Below the pieces are notes generated by a model. It was not told where the DNA came from and did not search any database. It worked only from the letters and a program-made list of their open reading frames with translations. The position numbers were made by a program, and so were the translations under genes. Below, piece after piece: positions 1 to 9,925 of a stretch of DNA of 64,000 bases (position 1 is its first letter; each line of letters starts with the position of its first letter). Source of the DNA: an uncultured Gammaproteobacteria bacterium (GTDB lineage: Bacteria; Pseudomonadota; Gammaproteobacteria; JBBQDK01); the NCBI GenBank assembly GCA_963778665.1, contig CAVZVG010000005.1, positions 205,805 through 269,804 on the forward strand. Direction: 5' to 3'.

Positions 1-702
1 ACGCTGAAGAAGATCATCGACGCGAATCCGGACCGCATTGCGGTGTACAACTACGCCCACCTGCCCACCCTGTTCAAGCCGCAGCGGCGCATCGACGAGG
101 CCGACCTGCCCAGCCCCGACACCAAGCTCGACATTCTCGGGCTGACCATCATGCGGCTCACCGATGCCGGCTATGTGTACATCGGCATGGATCACTTCGC
201 CAAGCCCGACGACGAGCTGGCCATAGCGCAGCGCCGCGGCCGCCTGCAGCGGAATTTCCAGGGCTATTCCACCCACGCCGATGCCGACCTGATCGCCATG
301 GGTGTCTCGGCCATCAGCAAGATCGGCCCCACCTACAGCCAGAATTACCGCGATCTCGACAATTACTACCAAAAGCTCGACACGGGTTCGCTGCCGATCA
401 TGCGCGGCCTCGAACTCACCCAGGACGATCTGCTGCGCCAATGCATCATCAATTCCCTGATGTGCCACTTCGAACTGTTCATGGAACCGGTCGAGATCGC
501 GTTTCTCATCAGCTTCGAAAACTACTTCGCGCCCGAACTGGAAGAACTCAAACAGCTGGAAGATGAAGGACTGCTGACGCTCGGTGACCGCTGGCTCAGC
601 GTGACACCGAAAGGCCGGCTGCTGATCCGCAACATCTGCATGGTATTCGACAAGTACCTGCGTGCCGACAGCAACAACAAGCGTTATTCACGGGTGATAT
701 GA
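1..702 (+). CDS. hemN: Oxygen-independent coproporphyrinogen III oxidase HemN, C-terminal part; the 5' end lies upstream of the window
   Basis: Frame-1 translation from nt 1 (..DRIAVYNYAHLPTLFKPQRRID..) matches the HemN C-terminal region. The ORF track shows 43..702 only because it begins at an internal GTG. Stop TGA at 700-702 overlaps the next gene's ATG. Confidence 0.85.
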   Translation, partial: TLKKIIDANPDRIAVYNYAHLPTLFKPQRRIDEADLPSPDTKLDILGLTIMRLTDAGYVYIGMDHFAKPDDELAIAQRRGRLQRNFQGYSTHADADLIAMGVSAISKIGPTYSQNYRDLDNYYQKLDTGSLPIMRGLELTQDDLLRQCIINSLMCHFELFMEPVEIAFLISFENYFAPELEELKQLEDEGLLTLGDRWLSVTPKGRLLIRNICMVFDKYLRADSNNKRYSRVI

Positions 703-1232
703 CCGCCCGACCGCTTCCGCCAGCGCTGCCCGAATGGCCGCTCACCGTGCTGTTGCGCACGCTGCCGGACAATGTGCATGTCGAGATCCTGGCCAGACTG
801 TTCAACCATCTGCTGCGCGGCCAGAGCATGGCCGAGCGCCTGCCGGAACTGAACGGCAAGCGCATCTGCCTGACATTCACCGACACCCGCAGCGTCCTGC
901 ACTTTCGTATCGAAGGAGGCGGTTTCCGGCGCCAACCCGCCGTTGCCCGCGACAACCGCGCCTGGGACGTGCGCATCAGCGGCACGTTGCATGATTTCCT
1001 GCTGCTGGCGACGCGCCGCGAAGACCCCGACACACTGTTCTTCAACAGACGCCTCGACATCGAAGGCGACACCGAGACAGGCCTGTACGTGAAGAACCTG
1101 CTCGATGCGCTGGACTACGATTTACAGGCTCACCTCGATGCCGTGCTGGGTGCGCGATTCGGCCGGTTGGCCGGCGACGCACTGCGACGCAGCGGTGCCG
1201 AACGCCTGCTGTCCGCGCTTCGGTTGGCGTGA
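699..1232 (+). CDS. ubiT: SCP2 sterol-carrier-domain protein, UbiT-like accessory factor for O2-independent ubiquinone biosynthesis
   Basis: 177-aa ORF with an SCP2-like fold signature. ATG overlaps the hemN stop (ATGA). Neighbours are ubiU/ubiV homologues, as at the E. coli yhbT-yhbUV locus. Confidence 0.65.
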   Translation: MTARPLPPALPEWPLTVLLRTLPDNVHVEILARLFNHLLRGQSMAERLPELNGKRICLTFTDTRSVLHFRIEGGGFRRQPAVARDNRAWDVRISGTLHDFLLLATRREDPDTLFFNRRLDIEGDTETGLYVKNLLDALDYDLQAHLDAVLGARFGRLAGDALRRSGAERLLSALRLA

Positions 1233-1314
1233 TCTCTCTTGGTTTGACCCGCGAAAAAGCAAAATTGGTGTAGCGGGAATGGCTCCGGACGTAGAACGTA
1301 AAACGTAGTAAAAC

Positions 1315-1449
1315 GTAGCCTGGGTTGAGCGACAGCGACAAAACCCGAGGGTTTGTGAAGTTCATAAATGAACTTCACCCGCGGGTGAAGCCATTCGGCT
1401 GTCCAAAATACCTCTGGTGATTTTGTCGCTGCGCTCAACCCAGGCTACA
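1315..1449. repeat. Composite REP/MITE-like palindromic element
   Basis: Outer arms are GTAGCCTGGGTTGAGCG...CGCTCAACCCAGGCTAC; an inner palindrome GTGAAGTTCAT-AAATGAACTTCAC sits between them. It lies in the ubiT/ubiV convergent intergenic space. The same outer arm recurs at ~10.35, 20.65, 20.78 and 63.0 kb, with a diverged arm at 30.95 kb. Confidence 0.7.
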
Positions 1450-1464
1450 TTGCTGAAAGCTGTC

Positions 1465-2361
1465 CTACCTTACCTCACCCTGCCACAGCATGCCGGGCTC
1501 GCCATACCAATAACCGTTGCAGACAGCCGCGTTGAGACAGGCGGCACTGCGCTGTTCCGCCTCGCGCGCCGTCATTGATCCGTCGACCGCGGCGCGGAAC
1601 AGCGCGACGATCTCCTGCATGCCCGACGCCTGCGGTGACAGGCGCAGCACATCGACATTCATTGCCTGCAGTTCGTCCACGGCACCCAGCAGGTTGCAGA
1701 TGCCGCCCGACTGGACCTGAATGCCGTTCAGTGTGAACAGATGCTCGCCCTCGCGGGTATCCATCACCATGCCATCGCTATAATCGGCGCAGCGCAATTG
1801 GCAATCGTCCTTGGGCAGATTGTGCGCGCGCGCCGTGAAACAGCGCGCCGAGAACGCCAGCGGCAACCGGCCGAAGGCGAAGACCTCCGTCTCCAGCCCC
1901 GCCGGTCGCGCCTGTTGCAGTTGCGCGAGTGTGTCGCGCGACAACTCCACCGGCGGCACCCAACGCCGCGCGCCGAGATCGGCAAGCAGTTCGAGCGTCG
2001 CCGCGTTGTAGCTGTTGATGTGCGGACCGGCCACGAACGGCACGCGACCGGCCAGCAGTTGCACGGCACCGATGTCATTGGCCTCGACCCAGAAGCGGCC
2101 GTTATCGACGATGCGCTGCAAGGTCAGCAGCTCGGACTCCGCCTCCAGCAAGGCCAGACTGCTCAATATCACCTGCTTGCCGGCCGCATTCAGTCGTTCG
2201 GCGATCTCCAGCCAATCGGTCAGACGCAGGGCACGGCGCTTGGCACAAACCGTCTCGCCGAGATAGACGCAATCGAGCGGCCAGTCTGTGACGGCCGAAT
2301 AGAAATCGAAGACCGTCTCGCGCGACCAGAAATACAGCAAAGGACCCAGCGAAAGTTTCAT
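1465..2361 (-). CDS. ubiV: U32-family peptidase-like protein UbiV (YhbV homologue)
   Basis: The translation from the ATG (MKLSLGPLLYFW..) aligns with E. coli UbiV (MKYSLGPVLYYW..). Its start overlaps the ubiU stop (ATGA). The ORF track starts 2 codons earlier at a GTG. Confidence 0.8.
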   Translation of the reverse strand: MKLSLGPLLYFWSRETVFDFYSAVTDWPLDCVYLGETVCAKRRALRLTDWLEIAERLNAAGKQVILSSLALLEAESELLTLQRIVDNGRFWVEANDIGAVQLLAGRVPFVAGPHINSYNAATLELLADLGARRWVPPVELSRDTLAQLQQARPAGLETEVFAFGRLPLAFSARCFTARAHNLPKDDCQLRCADYSDGMVMDTREGEHLFTLNGIQVQSGGICNLLGAVDELQAMNVDVLRLSPQASGMQEIVALFRAAVDGSMTAREAEQRSAACLNAAVCNGYWYGEPGMLWQGEVR

Positions 2362-3374
2362 TGCCACGGCCTGTGATACGCACCCAGGGTTGTGGTGCGT
2401 CCTTCAGCGACTTTGTCGAGTTGCATCTGCCAGTCGCGACGTACCGCGAAATGCGTTGGATCGGCCTGACAGGCATCGAGCGCTTCGCGCAGCACTCGCG
2501 TGACCTGTGCGATATACGCCGGACTGCGCTGCCGGCCTTCGACCTTGATCGCGGCGACACCGGCCCGATACAGCTCCGGCAGCATCTCCAGCACATTGAG
2601 ACTGGTGGGTTCTTCCAGCGCATAGAAGGTCTGGCCGCCGACAGCGAAGCGACCCTTGCACAAGGTCGGATAACCGGCGTTTTCATCGGCGGCGTACTGG
2701 TCGATGAGCACGCCGTTGAGACGCGCGCGCCGCCCGAAGCCACCCTCTTCCCAACGCACCGCCTTGGCCGGCGAACAGACGCCACAGGTATTGGGCGATT
2801 CGCCGGTGACGTAGGAAGACAAGGCACAGCGTCCTTCCACCATCACGCAGAGACTGCCGAAACCGAACACCTCCACTTCCGCCGAGGAATTTTCGATGAC
2901 ATGCCGGACCTGCGACAAGGACAGCACGCGCGGCAATACCACGCGCTGTACATTGAAGCGCTCACGGTAGAATGCGATGGCCGGATGATTGGTTGCCGAA
3001 GCCTGCACCGACAGATGCAGGCGCAACTGCGGATGGGTGCGCGCGGCATAGCGCAACAGACCGGGATCCGCCATGATTACAGCATCGATGCCCAGTTGCG
3101 CGGCGCTGTCGACCGCCTGCGTCCAGGTCGCCCAGCGCGCGGGTTGCGGATAGGTATTGATGGCCATGAAGACCTTGCGTCCGGCGGCATGCGCATAGTC
3201 CAGTCCGGCACGCGCCTCCTTGAGATCGAAATTCAGACCGGGAAAATTCCGCGCATTGGTGCCGTCGCGCAGACCGATGTAAACACAGTCCGCGCCATGA
3301 TCGACGGCGGCGCGCAAGGCCGGCAGACTCCCGGCCGGACAGACCAGTTCCATGCGCGCATTCATTGCAGACAT
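2358..3374 (-). CDS. ubiU: U32-family peptidase-like protein UbiU (YhbU homologue)
   Basis: About 338 aa from the internal Met (MNARMELVCPAGSLPAL..), with the conserved Cys pattern (CALSSY...CGVCSP). The ORF track extends to 3452, but that N-terminal extension has no homology. Confidence 0.8.
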   Translation of the reverse strand: MSAMNARMELVCPAGSLPALRAAVDHGADCVYIGLRDGTNARNFPGLNFDLKEARAGLDYAHAAGRKVFMAINTYPQPARWATWTQAVDSAAQLGIDAVIMADPGLLRYAARTHPQLRLHLSVQASATNHPAIAFYRERFNVQRVVLPRVLSLSQVRHVIENSSAEVEVFGFGSLCVMVEGRCALSSYVTGESPNTCGVCSPAKAVRWEEGGFGRRARLNGVLIDQYAADENAGYPTLCKGRFAVGGQTFYALEEPTSLNVLEMLPELYRAGVAAIKVEGRQRSPAYIAQVTRVLREALDACQADPTHFAVRRDWQMQLDKVAEGRTTTLGAYHRPWQ

Positions 3375-3452
3375 GTACAGTGGTCCTGCTGCGCACCCTG
3401 ATAAGTGCCGCGACGCCGCAGCTCCTGTTCGATCCCGTTCAACACACGCCAT

Positions 3453-4298
3453 TTATACCGACACCAGTCCGGTGCCAGCAGCAGCGCCGGCCGATGCGCT
3501 CCCGGTGAGGCGATGAAACACCACCACAGGCGGCGTCATCTCGATGAGATCGGCGGCAACCTGAATGTAGTCGTTGAAGCTCCAGGCGCGATACTCGTCG
3601 CGTCGCCATTCATTGGCGAGCTGCGTGCCCTTCACGACATGCAAGGGATGCAGCTTCAGACCCTCCACACCCAGATTCAGCAGGCGCGCCAGCGTGACGC
3701 GCGCATGCCAGGCCTGTTCGCCCGGCAGTCCGACGATCATGTGCGCGCACACCGGCAGGCCGCGCGCATGGGCGCGGCGCACCGCGTCCTCATACTCGGC
3801 AAAGCCATGACCTCGATTGATACGCGCCAAGGATCTGTCAAAGCTCGATTGCACACCCAGCTCCAGCCAGATCTCGTAACCTTGCGCCCGATACTCCGCC
3901 AGCAGATCCAACACCGCATCCGGGACGCAATCCGGACGCGTGCCGATCGCAAGACCGATCACACCGTCCTGCGCCAGCGCCTCGTCGTACAATTCCCGCA
4001 AGCGCATTGGACTGTCATAGGTGTTGGTATAGGCCTGGAAGTAAGCGAGGAACAATTTTGCCCGGGTACGCTTGGCAATGACGCGCCTGCCGGCGTCGAT
4101 CTGCCGTGCAAGCGGCACCGGTTGCCGGCCGTTGGGACTGAAGGAACTGTTATTGCAGTAGGTGCAACCGCCCCTGCCTTTGCTGCCATCGCGGTTCGGA
4201 CAGGTGAAGCCGACATCGAGCGCCAGCTTGTGTACACGCTCGCCGTAACGGCGCAGCAGATCCTGACCCAGAGTGTTTACCACGGCGGGGAGGTTCAT
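3453..4298 (-). CDS. yhcC: Radical SAM protein, YhcC / TIGR01212 family
   Basis: From MNLPAVVNTLGQDLLRRYGERVHKLALDVGFTCPNRDGSKGRGGCTYCN the protein is collinear with E. coli YhcC (..DLTRRYGQKVHKLTLHGGFSCPNRDGTIGRGGCTFCN..). It sits immediately upstream of ubiU on the same strand, 78 nt gap. Confidence 0.8.
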   Translation of the reverse strand: MNLPAVVNTLGQDLLRRYGERVHKLALDVGFTCPNRDGSKGRGGCTYCNNSSFSPNGRQPVPLARQIDAGRRVIAKRTRAKLFLAYFQAYTNTYDSPMRLRELYDEALAQDGVIGLAIGTRPDCVPDAVLDLLAEYRAQGYEIWLELGVQSSFDRSLARINRGHGFAEYEDAVRRAHARGLPVCAHMIVGLPGEQAWHARVTLARLLNLGVEGLKLHPLHVVKGTQLANEWRRDEYRAWSFNDYIQVAADLIEMTPPVVVFHRLTGSASAGAAAGTGLVSV

Positions 4299-4531
4299 CT
4301 TCGACGGAATCCGACTGTGCCGCGATGCATTACAGGCGTCCGCCAAAACACATCTTTTCCGTAGAAACGCCGAGGACGCGGAGAATATGAATGTTGCTTT
4401 TGATAGCTATGCGCCCTCTGCGGAAGATGCTCATAATCATAGGTGCATACTTGGCCCTGGATTGAGACAAATTCCAATATCAACGAACTCATGAGAAGAT
4501 GGATTTATGCCGTGTCCGTGCGCATGACACA

Positions 4532-4545
4532 TTGATGTGGATCAA
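4532..4545. promoter_or_regulatory. Perfect FNR-consensus box TTGATGTGGATCAA
   Basis: TTGAT-N4-ATCAA palindrome in the yhcC-ubiUV / NMO-family divergent intergenic region, about 70 nt upstream of the likely ATG at 4609. Confidence 0.5.
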
Positions 4546-4608
4546 TCCCATCACACACAGTTGCCGTATCATCTTTCGATTCCAAGAGTGCCCGAGATTC
4601 CGCCCGCA

Positions 4609-5778
4609 ATGATTCATACCTCCCTGCCGCCACTGCTGATCCGTGGACGACGTCTGTTGCCGATCATCCAGGGCGGCATGGGCGTGGGCATCTCCGCGCA
4701 TCAATTGGCAGGCGCCGTCGCCAGGGAAGGTGCCATCGGCACTATCGCCAGCGTCGACCTGCGCCGCCTGCATCCCGATCTGATGGCGCGCACGCGCAGG
4801 ACCTTCGACCACGATGCACTGGCACAGACAAATATAGAGGCATTGGATCGCGAGGTGCGCGCGGCGCGCGAGATCGCCGGCAAGGACGGCTTCCTCGCCG
4901 TGAACGTGATGCGCGCGGTCTCCAACTATGCCGAACTGATCGTGCAGGCCTGCAAGAGCGGCGCGAACGCCATCATCATGGGCGCCGGTCTGCCCATGGA
5001 CCTGCCGGAACTGACGGCCGACTACCCCGATGTCGCACTGATCCCTATTCTGTCCGAAGAGCGCGGCGTACGCGCCGTGTTGAAAAAGTGGTTGCGCAAG
5101 GGTCGCGCGCCGGACGCCATCGTCATCGAACACCCGCGTTACGCCGGCGGCCACCTGGGCGCGACGCGCATCGAGGAAGTCGACGATCCCAAGTTCGATT
5201 TCAAACGCGTGCTGGTGGAAATCCGCGCGGTCCTTGCACAACTCGGTGAGTCGATCGAGAAAATTCCGCTGCTGCCCGCCGGCGGCATCAATTCCTTCGG
5301 CAAGCTGCGCGAACTGTTCGATCTCGGCGCCAGCGGCGCACAGATCGGCACACCGTTCGCGGTCACGACAGAATGCGATGCCCACCCGAACTTCAAAAAG
5401 GTGCTGGCCGACGCCGGACCCGCCGACATCGTCACCTTCATGAGCGCCGCCGGCCTGCCGGCACGCGCCGTGCTGACACCCTGGTTGCAGCGTTACCTCG
5501 CCAAGGAAACGCGCCTGCGCGCCGCGGCCACACCGGGCTGCGGCAACTGCCCGAGCAAACTGGAATGCCTGACACACTGCGGCTTCAAGGACGGCAATCC
5601 CGCCGCCGGTCAATTCTGCATCGAGGCCCAGCTCGCCGCCGCGCAACGCGGCAACATCCACAGCGGCCTGTTCTTCCGCGGCTCCGAATCGCTGCCCTTC
5701 GGCACCGATATCCGCAGCGTGCGCGAACTGCTCGAATTCCTGTTGACCGGCATGAGGCCCGCATCAACCGCGGTCTAG
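4609..5778 (+). CDS. Nitronate monooxygenase / FabK-like NAD(P)H flavin oxidoreductase family protein with a C-terminal Cys cluster
   Basis: PIIQGGMGVGIS FMN-binding motif and a C-terminal CGNCPSKLECLTHCGF. The ORF track starts at 4537, but that would place the FNR box inside the gene, so the Met at 4609 is preferred. Confidence 0.65.
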   Translation: MIHTSLPPLLIRGRRLLPIIQGGMGVGISAHQLAGAVAREGAIGTIASVDLRRLHPDLMARTRRTFDHDALAQTNIEALDREVRAAREIAGKDGFLAVNVMRAVSNYAELIVQACKSGANAIIMGAGLPMDLPELTADYPDVALIPILSEERGVRAVLKKWLRKGRAPDAIVIEHPRYAGGHLGATRIEEVDDPKFDFKRVLVEIRAVLAQLGESIEKIPLLPAGGINSFGKLRELFDLGASGAQIGTPFAVTTECDAHPNFKKVLADAGPADIVTFMSAAGLPARAVLTPWLQRYLAKETRLRAAATPGCGNCPSKLECLTHCGFKDGNPAAGQFCIEAQLAAAQRGNIHSGLFFRGSESLPFGTDIRSVRELLEFLLTGMRPASTAV

Positions 5779-6409
5779 ACACCCTGTTCGGATGTACTGT
5801 TTGGTGGAATCAGAGTCACCGGATCCGATGGCGTATCCGATAGGAAATTGTAACTTCTCTCATTGCCAGACTCCGACCAGCCCGCGACATAAAGCAAGCT
5901 GATCGAGACCATGTGAACGGCAGCTTTTGACTGAAAAGCCGACGCATGGAACGATAGACTTTGACCCACTCCGGTCGTTCAGTCATTCCTTACAATCCCG
6001 GCTGCTAACAGACGTGAAACGGCCCAAATCGAGGCTTACACATTGTACTTCGTGAAATATTACGCGACGCGGATAAGTAAATTATCCAGCGGCGTGTCAG
6101 ATAACCCGACAACCAGGCAGCAACGGTGTTTCTGCAACATATACCCACGGTCCAGTCACTTTCCTGCCCTGCACGTATCCAGTGCTGTCAGTATATTTAA
6201 CATCATCACCACGCATCCATTCTGCTGAAAATTGCCGCGAATAATTCATCACCAAAAAAACAGTGCATTAGATGCCTGCGCCACCTGGCTGGAATGAATC
6301 TTGCCCGTAGTTATAAAAATAAGCGGTCCATGAATCGACGCAGACCGGCGGCCTCCTGAATAGAACTGGGATTGAGCCAACGACAAAGGTTTTTTACGGA
6401 GAACGTCAC

Positions 6410-7061
6410 ATGAAACGATTTCGGTTAACCAGTGCTGTCTGTGCCGCTGTTTTCGGTTTTATCACGTTGCCATCCCATGCCGCATTAGTAGCTCGGGACC
6501 TGGATGGTAACCTGACCACCGCCGAGGCCTATTACGATACTATCGCGGACCTGACTTGGCTGGCGGATGCCAATGCGGCGGGAACGACCATGAACTGGGC
6601 TGATGCCAACGCCTGGGCGGCCAGTCTCGACATCAATGGCGTCACCGGCTGGCGGCTACCCTCCTCGTTAAATTCTGATGGTTCCGGTCCCTGTGGCCCA
6701 TCCTTCTACTGCACCGACAGCGAGATGGGAAACCTGTTCCATAGCGTATTGGGTGGTACAGCGGGTTATTCGATCACCACAACCCATAACAGCAACTATG
6801 ACCTGTTTTCCAACGTCCAGTCCAGACTGGTATTGGTCTGCCATGGAGTACGCGCCCAATCCTCCTCGCGACGCGTGGGTCTTCAACTTCATTGGTGGCG
6901 GCATCCAGAGCGCTAGTATTAAGACCGCTAGCTACTATGCGTGGGCTATACAGTCAGGCGATGTCGGCGCGGCCGTTGTACCGGTACCCGCCGCGTTCTG
7001 GTTGTTCGGCAGTGGTTTGTTGGGGCTGATTGGAGCCTCCTCGCGAAAGCAAGCAGCCTGA
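6410..7061 (+). CDS. DUF1566 (Lcl-like) domain protein with a PEP-CTERM sorting signal, interrupted by an apparent +1 frameshift near 6820
   Basis: Signal peptide MKRFRLTSAVCAAVFGFITLPSHA, then ..GWRLPS.. (frame of 6410) continuing as DWYWSAMEY..AWAIQSGDV plus VPVPAAFWLFGSGLLGLIGASSRKQAA (frame of 6678). The shift falls in a GTCCAGTCCAG direct repeat. GC is lower than the flanks. Confidence 0.55.
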
Positions 7062-7619
7062 TCAAATTCATACATGAACGGCACTTCGGAGCCGTTCTCC
7101 TTTACGCGGGAATGTCGCATTCTGGCCGAACTGTGCCAGTCGTGTTTTTAGGCTGAACGGCCTATTTCGACCCAACCCCGCCGTTCAGGCTGGCGCAATA
7201 ACTCGCCGTCAATTTTCCCGACTCGGTCATTCGAGCTGGGACATGAAACCTCCATCAGGGGCCCTAAGGTTGTATTCTGGACGTGCTATCGAGAAGCTGG
7301 GCACGCAAGAACCGGTAGCTGGTGCCATGGAATGAAATAACAAGCCGATATTAATCCTCAAACAGTCATGCTTCATTTGGAAAATAATTTAGGCTTCGTA
7401 GTGGGAGTTCACGTTGTTGATTTGACTATCGGCAAAAGTGATAGGGAGCTCAATTGATCCGTTTGCAACGGAGCTTTTAAGCCCCCCATCAGTAGTTAGC
7501 TTATATAATTAAGTGTCTTCTAGAAATATGAACTTGACTATTGTGGGCAAGTTTCAGATTGGCCTCTTGTTTATTATGGTAGTGAGAGGGTAACTTTGAA
7601 AGCGATAAACACAATATGG

Positions 7620-8263
7620 ATTTCCACTGCGCCACGTACTGGTTCTATGTCGGCTTTTCAATGTGGCACGAGAAATTCTTCGGACCGTAGGACTTCAAGT
7701 TGAACCTGAGGTTACACTGCAAAGTGATGAGGATATGTTTCGGCAAGCTACTCAGTTTGCATCTGCCTCGCATGATCCAACCAAGGTATGGGTGCTGAAG
7801 GTTCATAAGATCCTTAGGCCGGATCTTCATCGATCGAAAGTGATTACCACGACCGGGATCCGCGCGATGTGCTAGTGTCTTCAAGGAATTTATGAAGACC
7901 AGTTTTGACGAGTCACTCGGTTGCGCCAGATCGGTAGTACACTATACCGAAACTTATAAGGACTATGACCCCAGTTACCTCATGCTAGTAGTTTACAATG
8001 ATATTGAGACGCGCCCGGTAGAATTAATACTGGAGATTGCGGAGTTTCTTGAGGTTCAGGTCAGTGAAATTAATGCCAGGAAAATAGCTCTGAAGTACTC
8101 ACGAGAAAAAGTCAAGAGCCTCATCGAAAAATCCAACAAGTCGCTGGCCAAGAAGCTTGCTAGAGAAAGAAACCAATCGACCACAGCGATATGGTTTACA
8201 TTTCCGATCCTAATTTCCGTGCTTTTGATCGCAAGCAGGCTTTCAAACCGGGAATGTCTATAA
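7620..8263 (+). pseudogene. Decayed sulfotransferase-family gene remnant with multiple frameshifts
   Basis: Motif fragments sit in three frames: KVWVLKVHKILRPDL, RDPRDVLVS at ~7858 (the classic sulfotransferase 3'-PB motif), and a C-terminal YDPSYLMLVVYNDIETRPVELILEIAEFLEV. The region is AT-rich. Confidence 0.5.
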
Positions 8264-8716
8264 ACGAAAAACCGGGGACTGGAAAACGTATTGTCCAAAA
8301 TTGAACAGCAACAATTGAATGATGAATTTGGCAATTGGTTGAAAATGTTTGGTTACCTGGAATAACGCAGCTTAGCAGTGCGTAGTGAGCAGGGGTTGAA
8401 TCGATTTGCAGCTGGACAGGCACTTTGCATTCTCCCCAAAAAAGGCGAATGCCATTTAAACTGTCAGTCGACAGCTCGAGAAGGGCGCATAGCAATCATT
8501 AAAAAAATAGCTCAAGCCGGCGCAAAAACACGCGCGGCTTAGCATTGCTTTACGAATTACCGATTATGGGGTCACGAATGTCAGATAATATCGGTTCACG
8601 ACTGGCAAGTTATGGCCGGATTCGGCCAATGAGAATCCCGATTTGCACAGAGAATCCATGTCCGATATTGAGTGGATTTAGCATAAAGTGACAACGGTCT
8701 CAGGATCTATCAAAGA

Positions 8717-9733
8717 TCAACAAATCCGCGGCAGCGGATCATCTTCCAGTTCTTCGAGGAGACGCTGGCCGCCGAGTTCTGTCTCCAACACCACGTGCGC
8801 GCGACCGGTCTGCAGCGTGCCGATGATGGCTGCCTCCGCGCATGGCGTCAGCGTTTGCAGCGCTGCCAGCGCGGCCGTCGCATGCGCGGCATCGACCACG
8901 GCCAGCACCCGGCCTTCGCAGGCGAGGTACAGCGGGTCGTAGCCGAGCATCTCGCAGACCGAGCGCACCGGATCGCGCACCGGAATCGCGGCGCCGTCGA
9001 GATGCACGCCGAGCTGGGTGGCGCGACAGATTTCATTGGCCACGGTGGCCAGACCGCCACGGGTCGGATCGCGCATGAAGCGCAGGCCAGGCACGGTCAG
9101 CAAGGCCTGCGCGATCGGCAGCACACTGGCGGCATCCGATTGCAGATCACCGCGCAAACCGAACTGCTCGCGCGCCAGCATCACCGCCGTGCCGTGATCG
9201 CCCACCGGTCCGCTGATCAGCAGCCGGTCGCCGGCCTGAATGGTGGACATGCCGAGCCGCACCGACGTGTTGCGTACACCGATGCCGGTGGTGGCGAAGT
9301 AAACACCGCCGCCCTCCCCGCGCCGCAGCACCTTGGTATCGCCCGCGACAATCTGCACTCCGGATTCGCGCGCGGCGCGCGCCATGCTGATCACGATGCG
9401 CTCCAGCAGCGCGACCTCCAGACCTTCCTCGATGAATGCGTTCAAGGTGAGATAGCGCGGGATCGCGCCGGAGACCGCCAGGTCATTCACCGTGCCGTGC
9501 ACCGCCAGACTGCCGATGTCGCCGCCGGGAAACTCCAGCGGCTGCACGGTGAAGCCATCGGTGGTCACGACCATTTCGCCGGCGTCCGCCCAGGGTACCG
9601 TGGCCGCGTCGACGTCGGTCGACAACAGGGGATTGGCCAGATGACGCGCGAACAACTCTTCGATCAGCTCGCGCATGAAGCGTCCGCCGTTGCCATGGGC
9701 CAGTGAGATATGGGTATCCTGCATGTTCGTCAT
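8717..9733 (-). CDS. hypE: [NiFe] hydrogenase maturation protein HypE (carbamoyl dehydratase)
   Basis: MTNMQDTHISLAHGNGG.. N-terminus and C-terminal ..PRIC are HypE hallmarks; about 338 aa. Confidence 0.85.
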   Translation of the reverse strand: MTNMQDTHISLAHGNGGRFMRELIEELFARHLANPLLSTDVDAATVPWADAGEMVVTTDGFTVQPLEFPGGDIGSLAVHGTVNDLAVSGAIPRYLTLNAFIEEGLEVALLERIVISMARAARESGVQIVAGDTKVLRRGEGGGVYFATTGIGVRNTSVRLGMSTIQAGDRLLISGPVGDHGTAVMLAREQFGLRGDLQSDAASVLPIAQALLTVPGLRFMRDPTRGGLATVANEICRATQLGVHLDGAAIPVRDPVRSVCEMLGYDPLYLACEGRVLAVVDAAHATAALAALQTLTPCAEAAIIGTLQTGRAHVVLETELGGQRLLEELEDDPLPRIC

Positions 9734-9925
9734 GAGTCGTCCTGAGTCGATGTCCTGTCGACAGTTTACACGGAATCGCCGCATTCACAGCCCGGTTCAT
9801 CGCTGGTCACGACGGAATTTCCTGATATGATGCGCGGGGCCGGAATTCATGCGGTCTTGCAATCACGGCAGCCGTTAACGGCACGACCGTTTCCGGATAA
9901 CGACGATAATATTTGGAGAATCGCC

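Noticed and set aside
2361-3401. Long plus-strand ORF (346 aa) opposite ubiU; similar long antisense ORFs occur at 4489-5661, 8795-9706, 10591-11259, 16909-18561, 27370-28329, 33330-34217, 35165-37355, 43165-45360, 51897-53603 and 61899-62942.
   Set aside because: These are shadow ORFs typical of 65%-GC DNA. They lie antisense to genes with clear homology, have Arg/Ala/Gly-rich low-complexity translations, and lack RBSs.
5780-6410. Possible tRNA or small RNA in the 630-nt AT-richer intergenic region, and in the 47.46-47.86 kb gap.
   Set aside because: No T-loop-like GGTTCGAAT/CC motif or cloverleaf-compatible inverted repeats were seen by eye. This cannot be excluded without tRNAscan/Infernal.
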